From Eledone cirrhosa (Eukaryota), in contig OZ024744.1 in the NCBI GenBank assembly GCA_964016885.1, positions 50,096,001-50,160,000 of the forward strand: a DNA stretch of 64,000 bases. Reading direction: 5' to 3'. The stretch's first letter is position 1, and the number at the start of each line of letters is the position of its first letter. Made by a program: the position numbers and the translations under genes. Positions 39,917 through 52,170 of the stretch are shown here, piece after piece. Under the pieces are notes generated by a model. It did not search any database and was not told the origin of the DNA. It worked only from the letters and a program-made list of their open reading frames with translations.

Positions 39917-40290
39917 TACAGACAAGCAGACATAGATAGATAGACATAGATAGACAAACAGACAGACAGACATAGATAGATAAACAACCATACATACATA
40001 CATGTATACAGACAGACAGACAGACAGACAAAACAACTATTTACAGACTTAAAAAACAACAAAATGACCATATTAAACAGTATATTTATTTTAATATATA
40101 TAGATTATTATCTCTTTTTTAATATTAATTTCAATTCAGTTTTGTGACAAGCAATTTACAGCTCCCAGAAACCAGCTACTAAATTGGGTAGGCAGAAACT
40201 GGGTGGTAGCCTGTCTTCTGTGTTTGTGTATTGATGTGTGTGTATACATTTATGTATACTTATGTGTGTGTGTTTGTTTTTATATATATA

Positions 40291-40770
40291 TAAAGATTAT
40301 AAAAAACACCAAAGAGTCAAAATACTATTAAATTAACACATGTTTCAGCCAATAGAGTTTCATCCCAAGGATGTGAAGTTACAAAATCAGAAATTTAAAA
40401 AATTCATTAAAAAAAGTTTTCAAAATCTTATTATTTAAATTTCCTTATGTTTTTATACTGCAGCCATCAGGAATGGGCTCAAAATCGACATCATAAGAGT
40501 TTATTTTCATAAGTTACATATAGATCCATTATAGAGATGGCAACAACAACAATATATACAGAATGAATTTCAAATAGGTAATCATAGAAAGTCCTCAACT
40601 AATTAAGGTATACCTCACTGGGGGACCTATATGTTTCACTAGAAGTTTTTTAACAAATTTTTTAAATTTCTGATTTTGTAAGTTCACATCCTTGGGATAA
40701 AGCTCTACCAGCTGAAACATGTGTTACTTTAAAAGTGTATTGATTTTTTGGTGCCTTTTATAATCTTTAC
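40291..40770. repeat. Older inverted repeat, approx. 125-bp arms, approx. 230-bp spacer
   Basis: 40291-40416 vs 40646-40770, roughly 80-85% complementary. Confidence 0.8.
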
Positions 40771-40888
40771 ATATCAGCTCTGCATGAACCCCCATTGCAT
40801 TGAGCTTTAAACCCTCTGGTAAAGTTTATACCCAATAATAACAATACTGTTATTATTATTAACACTACATGCAGATGAAATATATGCA

Positions 40889-40950
40889 GATAAAATAAAG
40901 TACCAGTAATGCACTGGGTAATTGTGGCCTTGTGCCAAAAGTAGAAACAA
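40889..40950 (+). mobile_element. SINE 3' fragment
   Basis: GATAAAATAAAGTACCAGTAATGCACTGGG...GTAGAAACA. Confidence 0.8.
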
Positions 40951-40966
40951 TTATTAACAATATATG

Positions 40967-41000
<34 letters not shown>

Positions 41001-41044
41001 TATATATTTATATATATATATATACTTCATTATATATTACCACC

Positions 41045-42100
41045 TGACTGTCGTCCCTTGCCCCCATTCTTGTCTTACCTAATAGGAACAACTACTCTTT
41101 CACTTCTTGTGGAAGGGACACATTTCTCTGATTATGCAATTCAACTGATGCCAGCACATTTTTCAAAAAGGGTTCGGGATGATGTGGTTGATAATACACA
41201 AATATGGGATGAGGTTGTAGCATCTGCATATGTTCTTAAACAGCGAACATGTGTGAATGTGTGATCACCCTTTGTCAGGTACATCCGTCTGCAACTTGTC
41301 TCTTTAACTGAGCTGCAATCTTGGATCATATGAAAACCGAGACTAGGCATCTGGCATCTGGAATGTTGTCAGGTGTTCACAGCCCTCTATTATTCGGGCA
41401 ATGCTGACAGTGGAAACTCCACATTAGCTTTCTATAGAGGACTAGTGGTGGGCAAAAGCAACGATGTTCTCAGAGGAACTCTAGGTGTTGACCAGAATGA
41501 ACTGACCAGTCTGTTCGGGAGGACTTTCCACCAGGAGACTATGAATAATTTCCAGAAATCTCTGGCCTGGCACTGTCAGTTCAAGACAGGCTGTACAGGC
41601 ACAGAAGTGCTGTCAGATGGATCTCTTCAAGATGACCACATAGCAATGAAACCATTCTGCAAGCACTCGACCAGTATCTGAGCATTGATAACTTGTGGAG
41701 TTTTGTCAAACACCTATTGTCATGTGCAGAACAGAGTTAGCTATCAGCTGACCCTATCTTGAAGATTGCCCAGCCGGCTTTTTATGTCCTGGTAAGTTTT
41801 CCTGTCTGGTGGCTACAGTGAAAGAGGTTGTGTGATGAATGTGACTGAAAGGACTGAAAACAAACACTTTCCTCTTCGGCCAACCCCCATTAACTATTTC
41901 GAGTTCTACTTGGAAAGGAGGGAAAGAGAAGTGCCCCCCCCCCCCCCCATCACCATACATTTGTTAAAAGATGGGTGAACATAGGGAGGATGGCCTGAGT
42001 GAATGGACTGAGTTTGAGCATGTGCCTAGAGATGGAAGAATTCTGAGGAGTGAGGAGCACTTTCATATGGTATCTTTCATGATTGGGGTGATATTTAGAT
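41045..42100 (+). mobile_element. Decayed 3' part of a Tx1-clade LINE
   Basis: FYRGLVVGKSNDVLRGTLGVDQNELTSLFGRTF..MNNFQKSLAW matches the ORF2 C-terminus at 35382-35520. Confidence 0.82.
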
Positions 42101-42229
42101 CTGAGAGGTTTCTAAAGTACCTCTGGTGCTTATTGATCAATACCTGCAACCAGAAAACTAACAATGGATTAACATAAAACAACCATAACATATATATATA
42201 GAGAGTTCATCTTCACTGGGAAATAAGGG

Positions 42230-44000
42230 AGACAAATAGTCATAAATAATAAGTCCTTGCCTGGTGAAGAATGTACCAGCCAACACAAATTAGTTGTCGA
42301 TGATTTTAGAGTAAGAGCTAGGAAGAGACAAAGATAAAAACCAATCTTGAATATAAGGGCATGGAAACTGAGATAACCTTTATCTCACAATGTGATGCCT
42401 ATGGCAGCAAGGAAGAGAAGAGAGGGAACTAAAACAAAGATTGAGGTTTCTGCATGTCAATCTTCTGAAAAAGTCTTTGGTTGTCACCAAAGAGGAAACA
42501 GCATGGATCTATCCAAATTTATTTATTACTTTAAATCTGGCCTAAGTGCAGCAGCATTGCATCATTGCATTAACAATACATTTGGGTCACACAATACCAG
42601 CGACTGGTTTGCATGCTTTTATTCTGGTGATTACAGCCTTGTAGATCACCCTTGAGCATGACGTCCATCCGACTTCAATGACAAGCAACTGTCTGAACTG
42701 GTTTAAGCCAACCCATGCCAAACATCCTGTCAACTCTCTGAAGTGCTTGTGGTAATGAAAACAACTATACTCAATCACTTGCATGCAATAGGGAAGGTAT
42801 CCAAGTTGTTAGGTGCCCCACAATCTGACTGACCGTAATCAGGAGTGTCTCCGCTCCCCTACCATTGCACAATCAATTGGCTGTGTTTGATTGTCACTAG
42901 TGATGAAAAATGATGTCTCTTTTTTAATGCCAAGTGCAAGCGGTCATGAATTGATAAAGAGAGTGCACTACAATGGCAAGCAAAGGCTGGCCTCTACCCT
43001 CACAAGGCTCAACTGAGCGTCTTGTGGGACTGGAAAAGTGTCATCCACTACAAGCAGCTCCCACCAAACACCAGCTTAATATTTGATGTCTGTTACCAAC
43101 AACTTGACAGATTATTGGCGATAATCACAAATGTGCTCCCACATCATGGCCCTGTTTGATTCACTCAAAGATTTATTAATGTTAAAAATTGCCAAAGTCA
43201 AGAAAAATTAGTAATAACTTCTGTCTAATCTAATAGATAGAACCATAACAATAAAAAGACAATCCTGGTGAGACTGGAGAAAAGAGGGAAATGGAGATAC
43301 CACAAAACTAATGCAAAGAGAAAGAGGTATAGAAGTCTTATTGCAAGAGACTGATGAATGAACAGAATAAATAGGACATTGATAGCTTATCTCTTGTAGA
43401 CCTAACTGAAGGACCAGCCATAAAAGTTGATAGCAGTGTGATAACTGAAGCAATTAAAGATTTGAAAATAGGGAAGGCAGCCAGATTATTGGTTTAGTAG
43501 CTAAGATACTAAAAGTATCCAGCATGGTTGGTTACAAGCTAATTAGATGAATAATTAATCAAGTATTATGACTGGTGCAGCAGTATCATTGTGAATAGCT
43601 ACAAAACAATTTAGAGAGAGGTAACTATAGAGGCATCAAGTTGATGGACCAGGTCATGAAAGTTGCTGAAATGGTTATAGTACAAAACTAATTAAGAGCT
43701 GAGTTAAATTAGATGAAATGCAGTTTGGCTTTATGCCAAGTAGGAGTACTACTGATGCCCTCTTTCTTGTGAGACAACTATAGGAAAGGTAGTTAGCCAT
43801 GTGTAAGACTCTGTACTCGGCATATGAATCTGGAGAAGGTCTTTGGCTGAGTCACCCACTCTATAATCTAGTGGGTGCCAAGGAAGTACTTATACCTGAA
43901 TCCATTGGAGAGTTAGAGGCAAAGGTAAAGTTAGCAAAGTCCTGGTAAGTAGGAAAGAGGACTGGAGACTGGTACCATCAAAGAAGTGGCCTTGCTTAGA
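42230..44000 (+). mobile_element. Highly decayed RTE LINE interrupted by a mariner remnant
   Basis: Nucleotide similarity to the RTE at 61745-64000 (AACTATAGAGGCATCAAG, GATGAAATGCAGTTTGG). Confidence 0.7.
42480..43150 (+). mobile_element. Decayed mariner transposase
   Basis: INNTFG..WFACFYSGDYSLVDHP*, VTSDEK and LSVLWDWKSVIHY remnants. Confidence 0.75.
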
Positions 44001-44340
44001 TATTTACACATATATATATACGTACACATATATACATATTGGTAGTGTGTGTGTGTATGTGTTTGGAAACAAAATATATAGTACATATATGTTTATATAT
44101 ATTTATGACAATGATGATGAAATATAAATATCTAACCCATGCTAGCGTGGAAGATAGACGTTAAAGGATGATGATGATGATGTAATAAATATAGGAGCAT
44201 AATTGTCATTAATATGTGTGTGTGTGTAAACACACTTATATATGTCATCATCATCATCATTTAACGTCTATCTTCCACGCTAGCATGGGTTTAGTGTGTA
44301 TATATATAATAAATTAATATTATTATTATTATTATTATTA

Positions 44341-44525
44341 GGGCGGTGGATTGGCAGTATCGGTAGAGGGTCGGACGCCATGCTTTCCAGCATAGTTACG
44401 TCCCTTTACGATCTGAGTTCAAATCCCTCCGAGGTTGACTTAGCCTTACCTCCTTACGGGGTCGATAAAATAAAGTACCAGTAATGCACTGGGTAATTGC
44501 TGGCCTTGTGCCTAAAGTAGAAACA
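44341..44525 (+). mobile_element. tRNA-derived SINE in (ATT)n
   Basis: Full-length match to the family. Confidence 0.92.
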
Positions 44526-44532
44526 ATTATTA

Positions 44533-44564
<32 letters not shown>

Positions 44565-44566
44565 TT

Positions 44567-44746
44567 AATGGGCTTTCTCCACAAATGTCCCTTGGAAGTC
44601 TCCCCCCTATTGGGGAATTTTTCTTTGTTATTTTATTTCAACCTCTGTTTTTTTACACGCAGAAATGCCCATTTGTACCGTCCTGTATTGTCCTGTACTG
44701 TCCTTAATGTCTACTTTATGTGAACCCTTGTGGTTAATAAAGAAAA

Positions 44747-44748
<2 letters not shown>
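44567..44748 (+). mobile_element. 3' end of a Tx1-related element inserted in (ATT)n
   Basis: Shares GTCTCCCCCTATTGGGGAA, TTTTACACG and CCC-TGTGGYTAATAAAG with the Tx1 3' UTR at 34633-34770. Confidence 0.7.
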
Positions 44749-44795
<47 letters not shown>

Positions 44796-44845
44796 TCTAA
44801 GTTATCCATTGCATTCGCATCAGTATCTATAGAGTTTTTCCTTTT

Positions 44846-46669
44846 TTATTTTGGTCCTGATTTTATTCCTGAACGGTCAATAATGCTACCATTAACACCA
44901 CCATCACCGGTCAAATTTTTCGCCATCAACATTGTCTTTTTTTTTGCCATCCCATTCTCAATAGGTTCCTTTTGCTTTGGCTTAATGCTTACTTTTAAAT
45001 CTTTCCTGTCTTTGGGCCCAAGTACAACCAAGATTTGAGCTTTTGAGGAATTGGATGTCATGTTAGCCACCACCACTTTTGCTTTTGCATTGTTCACGTT
45101 TATCATCTCACTTTTTATATATTTATGTTGTTTGGCTAACCAATTTGATTTTTTGAGCTTCAAAATCTCTTTTGTCCTTTTGTTGAGGTTTTGTTTAGTA
45201 TTAAACAAGACATGCGGTAAATTTCTGTAGTAATACCAGTTGAGATTTTGTAGGTCTTGCTTGTGGGTTCGATTCCAAAGTGCTTCTTCTAGGCAGTCCA
45301 AAGCTACAGAATCATAATCATCATAAAACTTATTAGCCGTGATCTCTGGGCGGGTTTTTAACCAGGGCAAATCAGCCACACTGTAAATGCACACTCCTCG
45401 CACAGTTTTTCCAAGACATTTAAATTTATCCCATGACCATATCACAGCTTTTGATGCATGTGTGTAGCTATCATGTCGTATTTCTTCGTATTTAAACTCA
45501 ACATTGGTCTTAGTAGTTCCATCATTGTAATATCCTCCAGGGGCAAACTCAAGGGAATTTAATGTCGACCAAATATTTTCTTCTGGTGAATAAGTATCTT
45601 TAAACCAATCCAAAAATTCTGCAACAATGTTGTCATTTAAAACAAACTCAACAAAATCTCGTACAAACATACCATAAGCACTGCCTTTGTATAAATCAAA
45701 TTTATATTTCAATGGAGGTTTATCATTGTTGGTTTTCACCAGGTTCTTCTCTCCAATCAAAATTTTTTTTTTAACACGCCAATTTAATGGAACTGGGTGT
45801 TTATAAGCTTCAACATCATTTGTACCATTAAATATCTTTAAAATCTCCACCAACTCTAAATTCGTTTTTAACAAAAACTCTTCACCTGTAAGGTTTATAT
45901 AATATCTCCACAGTACTTTTGATCTGATGCAGGCCCTCATGCATTCAATTTCAGCTTCAATATGCCTAAATGTTGCATAGACAACATTTATTCGTTTATC
46001 AGTTAACACAACATTTGGTAAACATGCAGTTATATTCTTCACAAGATTGTACATAGAATTATCAGCCTTTGCATCAACATGAATGCAATAGAAATTATTC
46101 TCACGATAAATACTCCGCAATAATCTTTCGAATTGTAGAGGTGATTTATGAAGTTTAATTGCAAAAGCAAGAGGAAAATCACGCTCTGTTTTTGTAATTG
46201 GTTTATTAAAATAACCATGGAATTGTTGAAATTCTGTACAATTTTTAACTAGCTCATTAAGGGCACACCTTCCATCATTATTGTGATTATTGTAAATGCC
46301 TTTGTCTTTCATTGTCCTAATGGTTTTTATATATTCAGGATCTCCTCGGAACAAACACTTGCAATCAACATTTTTCATTTTATGAGGGAAACAAGGAATA
46401 TAATTGTCCTCATTTCTAAAAGCTTTGGACACTGACAAATTTGTCAACATTGGCATTGATATTATTTGATGTGGTTGTTTTTTTTGCAGTGATCTTTGTG
46501 TGGCAAAATATAAACTAAAATCATCATAAAAATTAGGAAGATTTTTTGATTTTTTAACATCAGAATACGATTTTGTTGTACAAAACAGCTGTGCTCTGCT
46601 CCAGAACATGAAGTTTAGTGTCATATATATCAGCAAACACAATACCAATATCCTGATCCTTTTTGACAT
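44846..46669 (-). CDS. Core-2/I-branching beta-1,6-N-acetylglucosaminyltransferase (GT14, GCNT-like), 607 aa, single coding exon
   Basis: N-terminal signal-anchor; ERDFPLAF, LLRSIY..NFYCIHVDAK, WRYYINLTG..LKTN, KGSAY, YSPEE, RGVCIY..DL and ANKF..LDCLEE. The exact GCNT paralog cannot be assigned. Confidence 0.95.
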   Translation of the reverse strand: MSKRIRILVLCLLIYMTLNFMFWSRAQLFCTTKSYSDVKKSKNLPNFYDDFSLYFATQRSLQKKQPHQIISMPMLTNLSVSKAFRNEDNYIPCFPHKMKNVDCKCLFRGDPEYIKTIRTMKDKGIYNNHNNDGRCALNELVKNCTEFQQFHGYFNKPITKTERDFPLAFAIKLHKSPLQFERLLRSIYRENNFYCIHVDAKADNSMYNLVKNITACLPNVVLTDKRINVVYATFRHIEAEIECMRACIRSKVLWRYYINLTGEEFLLKTNLELVEILKIFNGTNDVEAYKHPVPLNWRVKKKILIGEKNLVKTNNDKPPLKYKFDLYKGSAYGMFVRDFVEFVLNDNIVAEFLDWFKDTYSPEENIWSTLNSLEFAPGGYYNDGTTKTNVEFKYEEIRHDSYTHASKAVIWSWDKFKCLGKTVRGVCIYSVADLPWLKTRPEITANKFYDDYDSVALDCLEEALWNRTHKQDLQNLNWYYYRNLPHVLFNTKQNLNKRTKEILKLKKSNWLAKQHKYIKSEMINVNNAKAKVVVANMTSNSSKAQILVVLGPKDRKDLKVSIKPKQKEPIENGMAKKKTMLMAKNLTGDGGVNGSIIDRSGIKSGPK

Positions 46670-46682
46670 TTCTTCCGGTTAA

Positions 46683-46705
46683 CTATAAAAAGAAAAATAA
46701 TAAAT
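46683..46705 (-). promoter_or_regulatory. 3' splice acceptor 13 nt upstream of the GCNT-like ATG
   Basis: Minus strand TTATTTTTCTTTTATAG|TTAACCGGAAGAAATG. Implies a non-coding upstream exon, as is common for GCNT genes. Confidence 0.75.
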
Positions 46706-47169
46706 TAAATTAAAATTAAAAATTGATTTTAAATATAAAATTAGATTAAATAACAATTGAATTTTATGGATTGACTCTTCTTATACCAACCCAGCCTGGC
46801 CAAAACCAGTCCTGCTTCCATGAAAGAAACCCACCCATTTTAAAGGGTTTCTGTTTATATTAAAGCCTTCCAACAATTTTTTAGATAAAATTCTCCCATG
46901 TGTATCCAGTTTAGAATAGGTACATTGTATCCCTGGGTATCTTAAAATCCTTGGTGCCAAGAGGGGCATCTGAACGTAAAACATTGCCTCAAAAAGGTCC
47001 CCATGATGAGTATGAAGGCTATTATGGGGTCCTTACAAAGGTAATCCCTGATGTAGCAGTGAACTTAATTAATTATCTCTTAATATCCTATAATATATAT
47101 ATATTTACAAATAGTTGTATGGAAGAGCCATTATGAAATATTACTGAATGCATGAGAGAAAGAGACCCT

Positions 47170-48800
47170 ACACCAAGCACACCCTACAGAGCAATGTAGT
47201 AAGTAAGGCATAGAAGACCAGGAAAGCAGCTGGTCCATCAGAAATAGTTGCTGAGATGCTGAAAGCATCTTGGTTGGTGGGTCACACGTTAACCACATGT
47301 ATTGTAAACTAAGTATTACTAGATGGCATCATACCAAATTATTGATGCAGCAGCATCGTTGTCAACTGCTACAAGGGTAAAGGAAATGCACTAGATAGAG
47401 GAAACTATAGAGGCACCAAGTTGATAGACTAGGACATGAAAGTAACAGAAAGAATTACAGCACAGTTGATTAGGGACATGCTAAATCTAGATTAGATGCA
47501 GTTCAGATTTGTACCAGGCAAAAGCACCACAGATGCTCTCTTCCTGGTGTAGCAGCTGCAGGAAAAGTACCTAGCTAAAAGTAAGCCAGTCAACCTGGCA
47601 TTTGTTGATCTGGAGAAGCTTTTGACAGGATCCCCCCTGCCATAAGCTGGTGGGCTCTTAGCAAACTAGGAGTAGATGAGTGGCTTGTGAGGGCAGTATA
47701 AGCCATGTATAGGAGAGCAGTCAGCAAAGTTAGGATTAACAACGACTATAGAGAGGAATTCAACATGCAGGTTGGCGTCCATCAAGACTCTGTACTTAGC
47801 ACTCTCATGTTTATTATCCTTTTGCAGACTGTAACAGAGGAGTTTAAGACCTATGGGAACTCTTGTACATGGATGATCATACATTCATAGTGGAGTCTAT
47901 GGTGGAACTAGGGAAGAAATTCCAAATATGGAAGCAAGGCATCATAAAGTCAACCTGACAAAGACTAAGGTCCTAGGTAGTAGAAGAGAAAACAGAACCC
48001 TGATCCACTCAGGGAAATGGTCTTTCTCAGGGTGTAGGAAAGATGTAGGTAGAAATTCCATCCTTTATCCCAAATGGAAAATATGGATACACAAGATATG
48101 TAGTGGGATCTCAGGAAGTTTAGTTAAGAATGTAGGCTTTACATGTAGCAGTTGCACTGGAACAGTAAGCAGCAGATGACCCCCCCCCCCCCCCCCCCCA
48201 GGAAACAAGCATTATCAAATTCTAGGAAGGCTAGGTAGAAGCAGTAGACAGCTTCTGCTACCTAGGTGACCGAATTAACAGCATACGTGGGTGTTCTGAA
48301 AGTACAGTAGCCAGAGTAAGAACAGGATGGAAGATGTTCAGGGAGCTACTACCACTGCTAGCTGCAAAAGGCTTCTCCCTCAAGATAAAATGCAGACTGT
48401 ATGATGCATGCATCAGACAGCAATGTTACATGGTAGTGAGACCTGGGCGTTGTGAGCAAAGACTTACGTAGATTGGAAAGAAACAAAGCTTGCATGCTCT
48501 GATGGATGTGTAATAGTAATATATGTGAATGGCAAAGCATAGATGAACTCAGAGAGAAACTAGGCATAAAAGGGATCAGATGCTGTGTGCAGGAGAGGAA
48601 ATTGTGTTGGTATGGATATGTGATGTGTATGAAGGATGACAGCTGTATAAAAAGGTGCAGAGCACTCAAAGTTGATGAAAGCTGTGGAGTGGGGAGATCC
48701 AGGAAGACTAGGGATGAGGTGATAAAAGCTGACCTTGCTCAATTGCACCTCTCAAAAGTGATAACACAGAACTGAGATCTCTCGAGTTATACAGTAATAC
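47170..48800 (+). mobile_element. Decayed RTE LINE (RT to C-terminus)
   Basis: Colinear with the RTE at 62450-64000, with many stops and frameshifts. Confidence 0.88.
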
Positions 48801-48809
48801 AGTAATAAA

Positions 48810-49635
48810 TTCCGTGGAATTTATCTCTACCAAACACATATCTTTAAACTATACACATCTCAAAAACATTACATCTAAAACTAAGAAAATTCTATGGTTA
48901 ATACATCTGTGTTACACCCAACATATACATCTATATACAAATTCCTATATAAAAATTCTATATATCATTATACATATACATCTATATAAAAATTCTATAT
49001 AAAAATTCTATATGAAAATTACCTATTTAATTTAAACACGTGCTTTGCATTACATTTTACATAACATATATCCATTTTATCACCACATTTCTCTCTACCA
49101 TATAGCACGCCATTTTTAAAAACTTAAACATTTCTAACACTTGTAACATGCTTTTACATTCTACATGAAATATGCTTGTTTCAGTTATAATATAACTCTT
49201 ACCTCATACATGCCTTTATTAATTGTATTGACTCTTGCATTATATATCCATAACATTACCTGATTTCCAATGCTATGTTATCTTTTGTTTTTTATCTATC
49301 TTGTCTTACATCTTTTTTTTGCTTATACATTTTGCACATGTATTACCTTAAACAATATCTTTTTATACATAATATGCTTATGTTTCACCTTTCGCCATTG
49401 CTCCTTGGAATTGTGTTTTCTGAAGCATAACATTCTTTTTTAACTCCCGCTTTTCTGTATGCTGTCTATCACACTGACAACAGTTATGTATCTGCCTAAA
49501 TGTTCTGAAGACTAGGATTTTAATCACCTGTTTAAACATTCTTTATGGGCCGATGATTCCAGACATCCCTCTGGAAGAAACAATTGTCAGCAAATAAATG
49601 TATTAAACTAAGATTTGATTGTTTTAATATTTTGT
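48810..49635 (+). mobile_element. PLE-like 3' non-coding remnant with degenerate hammerhead
   Basis: CCGATGA-TTCCAGA/TCTGGAA-GAAA-CAATTG-TC at 49550-49588, followed by AATAAA and (TA)n; stem I is broken. Confidence 0.5.
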
Positions 49636-49651
49636 ATATATATATATATAT

Positions 49652-51482
49652 CATCACCGTTTTACGTCCGTTCTTCCACGCTAGCATGGGTTAGGCGGGT
49701 TGTCCTGTTGTGGGTAGTGTCTGGTCGGCTGACCTTGTCTTGCTCATAGGGAACTGATTCTAGCTTGATTTCTACAGCTGGATGCCCTTCCTAACACCAA
49801 CCTCATTTACAGTGAGTGCTGGGTGCTTTTTCGTGGCGCCTACACGTCCACTTTACAGTGTGGGCTGGGTGCTTTTTTGCCGTGGCACCTCCACGACCAC
49901 CTTGCAGTGGGAGGGTGTGGGGGCATATTGTCTATATGCTTCAGCTTGTACCCATGGGAGGTCGGGTACTCTGTATTACTGCATGATGCCAGAGGTCACG
50001 GTCGTGTGTCATCACCTTAGAGAGGTGTAATTGGGTAAGGTCGGCTTTTATCACCTCATCCCAGGTCATCTTGGGTCTCCCCACTCTGTGGTTTCCATCG
50101 ACTTCTAGTGCTCTGCACCTTTTTATGCAGCTGTCATCCTTTATACGCATCACATGTCCATACCAACGCAGCCGCTTCTCCTGCACACATCATTTGATTC
50201 CTCTTATGCTCAGTCTCTCTCTCAATTCATTTATGCTTTGTCGTTTGCGTATATTACTATTACACATCCATCGGAGCATGCAGGCTTAATTTCTCTTTAA
50301 TCTATGTAAGTCTTCCACCTTCAGCACCCAGGTCTCACTACCATGTAACATTGCTGTTCAGATACACGCATCATACAGTCTGCCTTTCATTTTGAGGGAG
50401 AAGCCTTTTGCAGCTAGCAGTGGTAGTAGTTCCCTGAACTTCTTCCATCCCATTCTTACCCTAGTTATTGTACTTTCTGAACACCCACCTCCGCTGCTAA
50501 TTCGGTCACCTAGGTAGCAGAAGCTGTCTACTGTCTCTACAGAGCCCTCCCAGAGATTGGTGGTACTTGTTTCCTGTGGCTGTTTGCTGCTTGCTGTCCC
50601 AGCACAGCTGCTGCATGTGAAGCCTACATTCTTAATTAAGCTTCCTGAGATCCCGCTACATCCCTTGTGTACCCATTGTTTGCATTTGGGACAGAGAATG
50701 GAGTTCCTACCTACACCTTTCCTACATACTGAGCAAGGCCATTTCCCTGAGGGGACCTGGGTTCTGTTTTCTCGTCTACTTACAAGGACCTTAGTCTTTG
50801 TCATGTTGACTTTGAGACCCTTTCTTTCTAGTCCCTGCTTCCAAGTTTGGAATTTCTTCTCTAGTTCTACCATAGATTCAGCTATAAGTGTGAGGTCATC
50901 AGCATACAGGAGTTCCCATGGGCATCTGGTCTTAAACTCCTCCGTTATTGCCTGCAGGACTATGATGAACAGGAGAGGGCTACGAACAGAGCCCTGGTGG
51001 ACCCCAACCTGTACGCTAAATTCCTCGCTATACTCATTGCTAATCCTAACTTTGCTGACTGCTCCCCTATACATGGCTTGTACAGCTTTCACAAGCCATT
51101 CATCTACTCCTAGTTTTCTAAGAGCCCACCAGATTACAGCACATGGAACTCAAAGGCTTTCTCGAGATCGACGAATGCCAGGTAGAGTAGCTTACTTTTA
51201 GTTAGGTACTTTTCCTGTAACTGCCTCACAAGGAAGAGGGCAAACCCAAATTGCATCTCATCTAGTTTCACCCGGTCCTTAATCAACTGTGCTATAACTC
51301 TTTCTGTTACTTTCATGACCTAGTCCATCAGCTTTATGCCTCTATAGTTTCCTCTATCGAGTGCATCACCTTTACCTTTGTAGCAGTTGACAATGATACT
51401 ACTGCACCAATCTTTTTGTATGACACCTTCTAGTATTACCTGGTTAACAATACGTGTGGTTATAGTGTAACCTACAGACCCT
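49652..51482 (-). mobile_element. 5'-truncated RTE LINE with intact 3' tail
   Basis: LAFVDLEKAF, VGVHQGS, LLYADDL and VDSFCYLGD. Tail ACCCATGCTAGCGTGGAAGAACGGACGTAAAA..GATGA. Confidence 0.93.
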
Positions 51483-51669
51483 AATATAAAGGGAGAGTAT
51501 AGAAATTATTGTGAGCAAGAAGCCAACAGTATTTCATAATATATAAGTGACTATAGCGTCAAAATGGAAAAATAGTTAATGTAAGATGTGGGAAAATAAT
51601 ATATATATATATATATATATAGTATGTATGTATACGTACATACATATATGTATACAGACGTACAGTAGC

Positions 51670-51704
<35 letters not shown>

Positions 51705-51804
51705 CAGGCACACATATATATATGCATGTATCAGTTTACCGAACATTTATTATAATGTTCGCTTTGTTCGTTTGTAAACAAACGGACAGATGATTAATGC
51801 CGTA

Positions 51805-51911
51805 CAATGTTCAGGCAACCACGTCACCTTTTTGTTCAACACTGACACAGTATTGAACAAAAAGGTGACATCAGTGTTGAACAAAAAGGTGACATGGTTG
51901 CCTGAACACTG
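51805..51911. mobile_element. Tc1/mariner-type MITE, 107 bp, nearly fully palindromic
   Basis: TA|CAATGTTCAGGCAACC ... GGTTGCCTGAACACTG|TA, with an internal 23-bp duplication. Confidence 0.78.
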
Positions 51912-51938
51912 TATATATATATATACATGCTTCTGTAC

Positions 51939-51980
<42 letters not shown>

Positions 51981-52026
51981 TCATCATCATTCATCATCAT
52001 TTTACGTCCGCTCTTCCCTGCTTGCA

Positions 52027-52170
52027 TCTATTATATATATTTCAAGGGTACCAAAACTTTTGTATGCTCTCATCAGATAAAATACAAAGTTTGTTTTATA
52101 AATATTGACATAATCAGAAAAAATACCTTAACGGTTCATGTTTTTCCTGGATATATATATAACAGAGTAA
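52027..52170 (-). mobile_element. Second copy of the small hammerhead element (hammerhead at 52027-52084)
   Basis: Reverse complement aligns with 23765-23907; TATTTTAT-CTGATGA...CCTT-GAAA-TATATA-TA-ATAGA. Confidence 0.72.
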
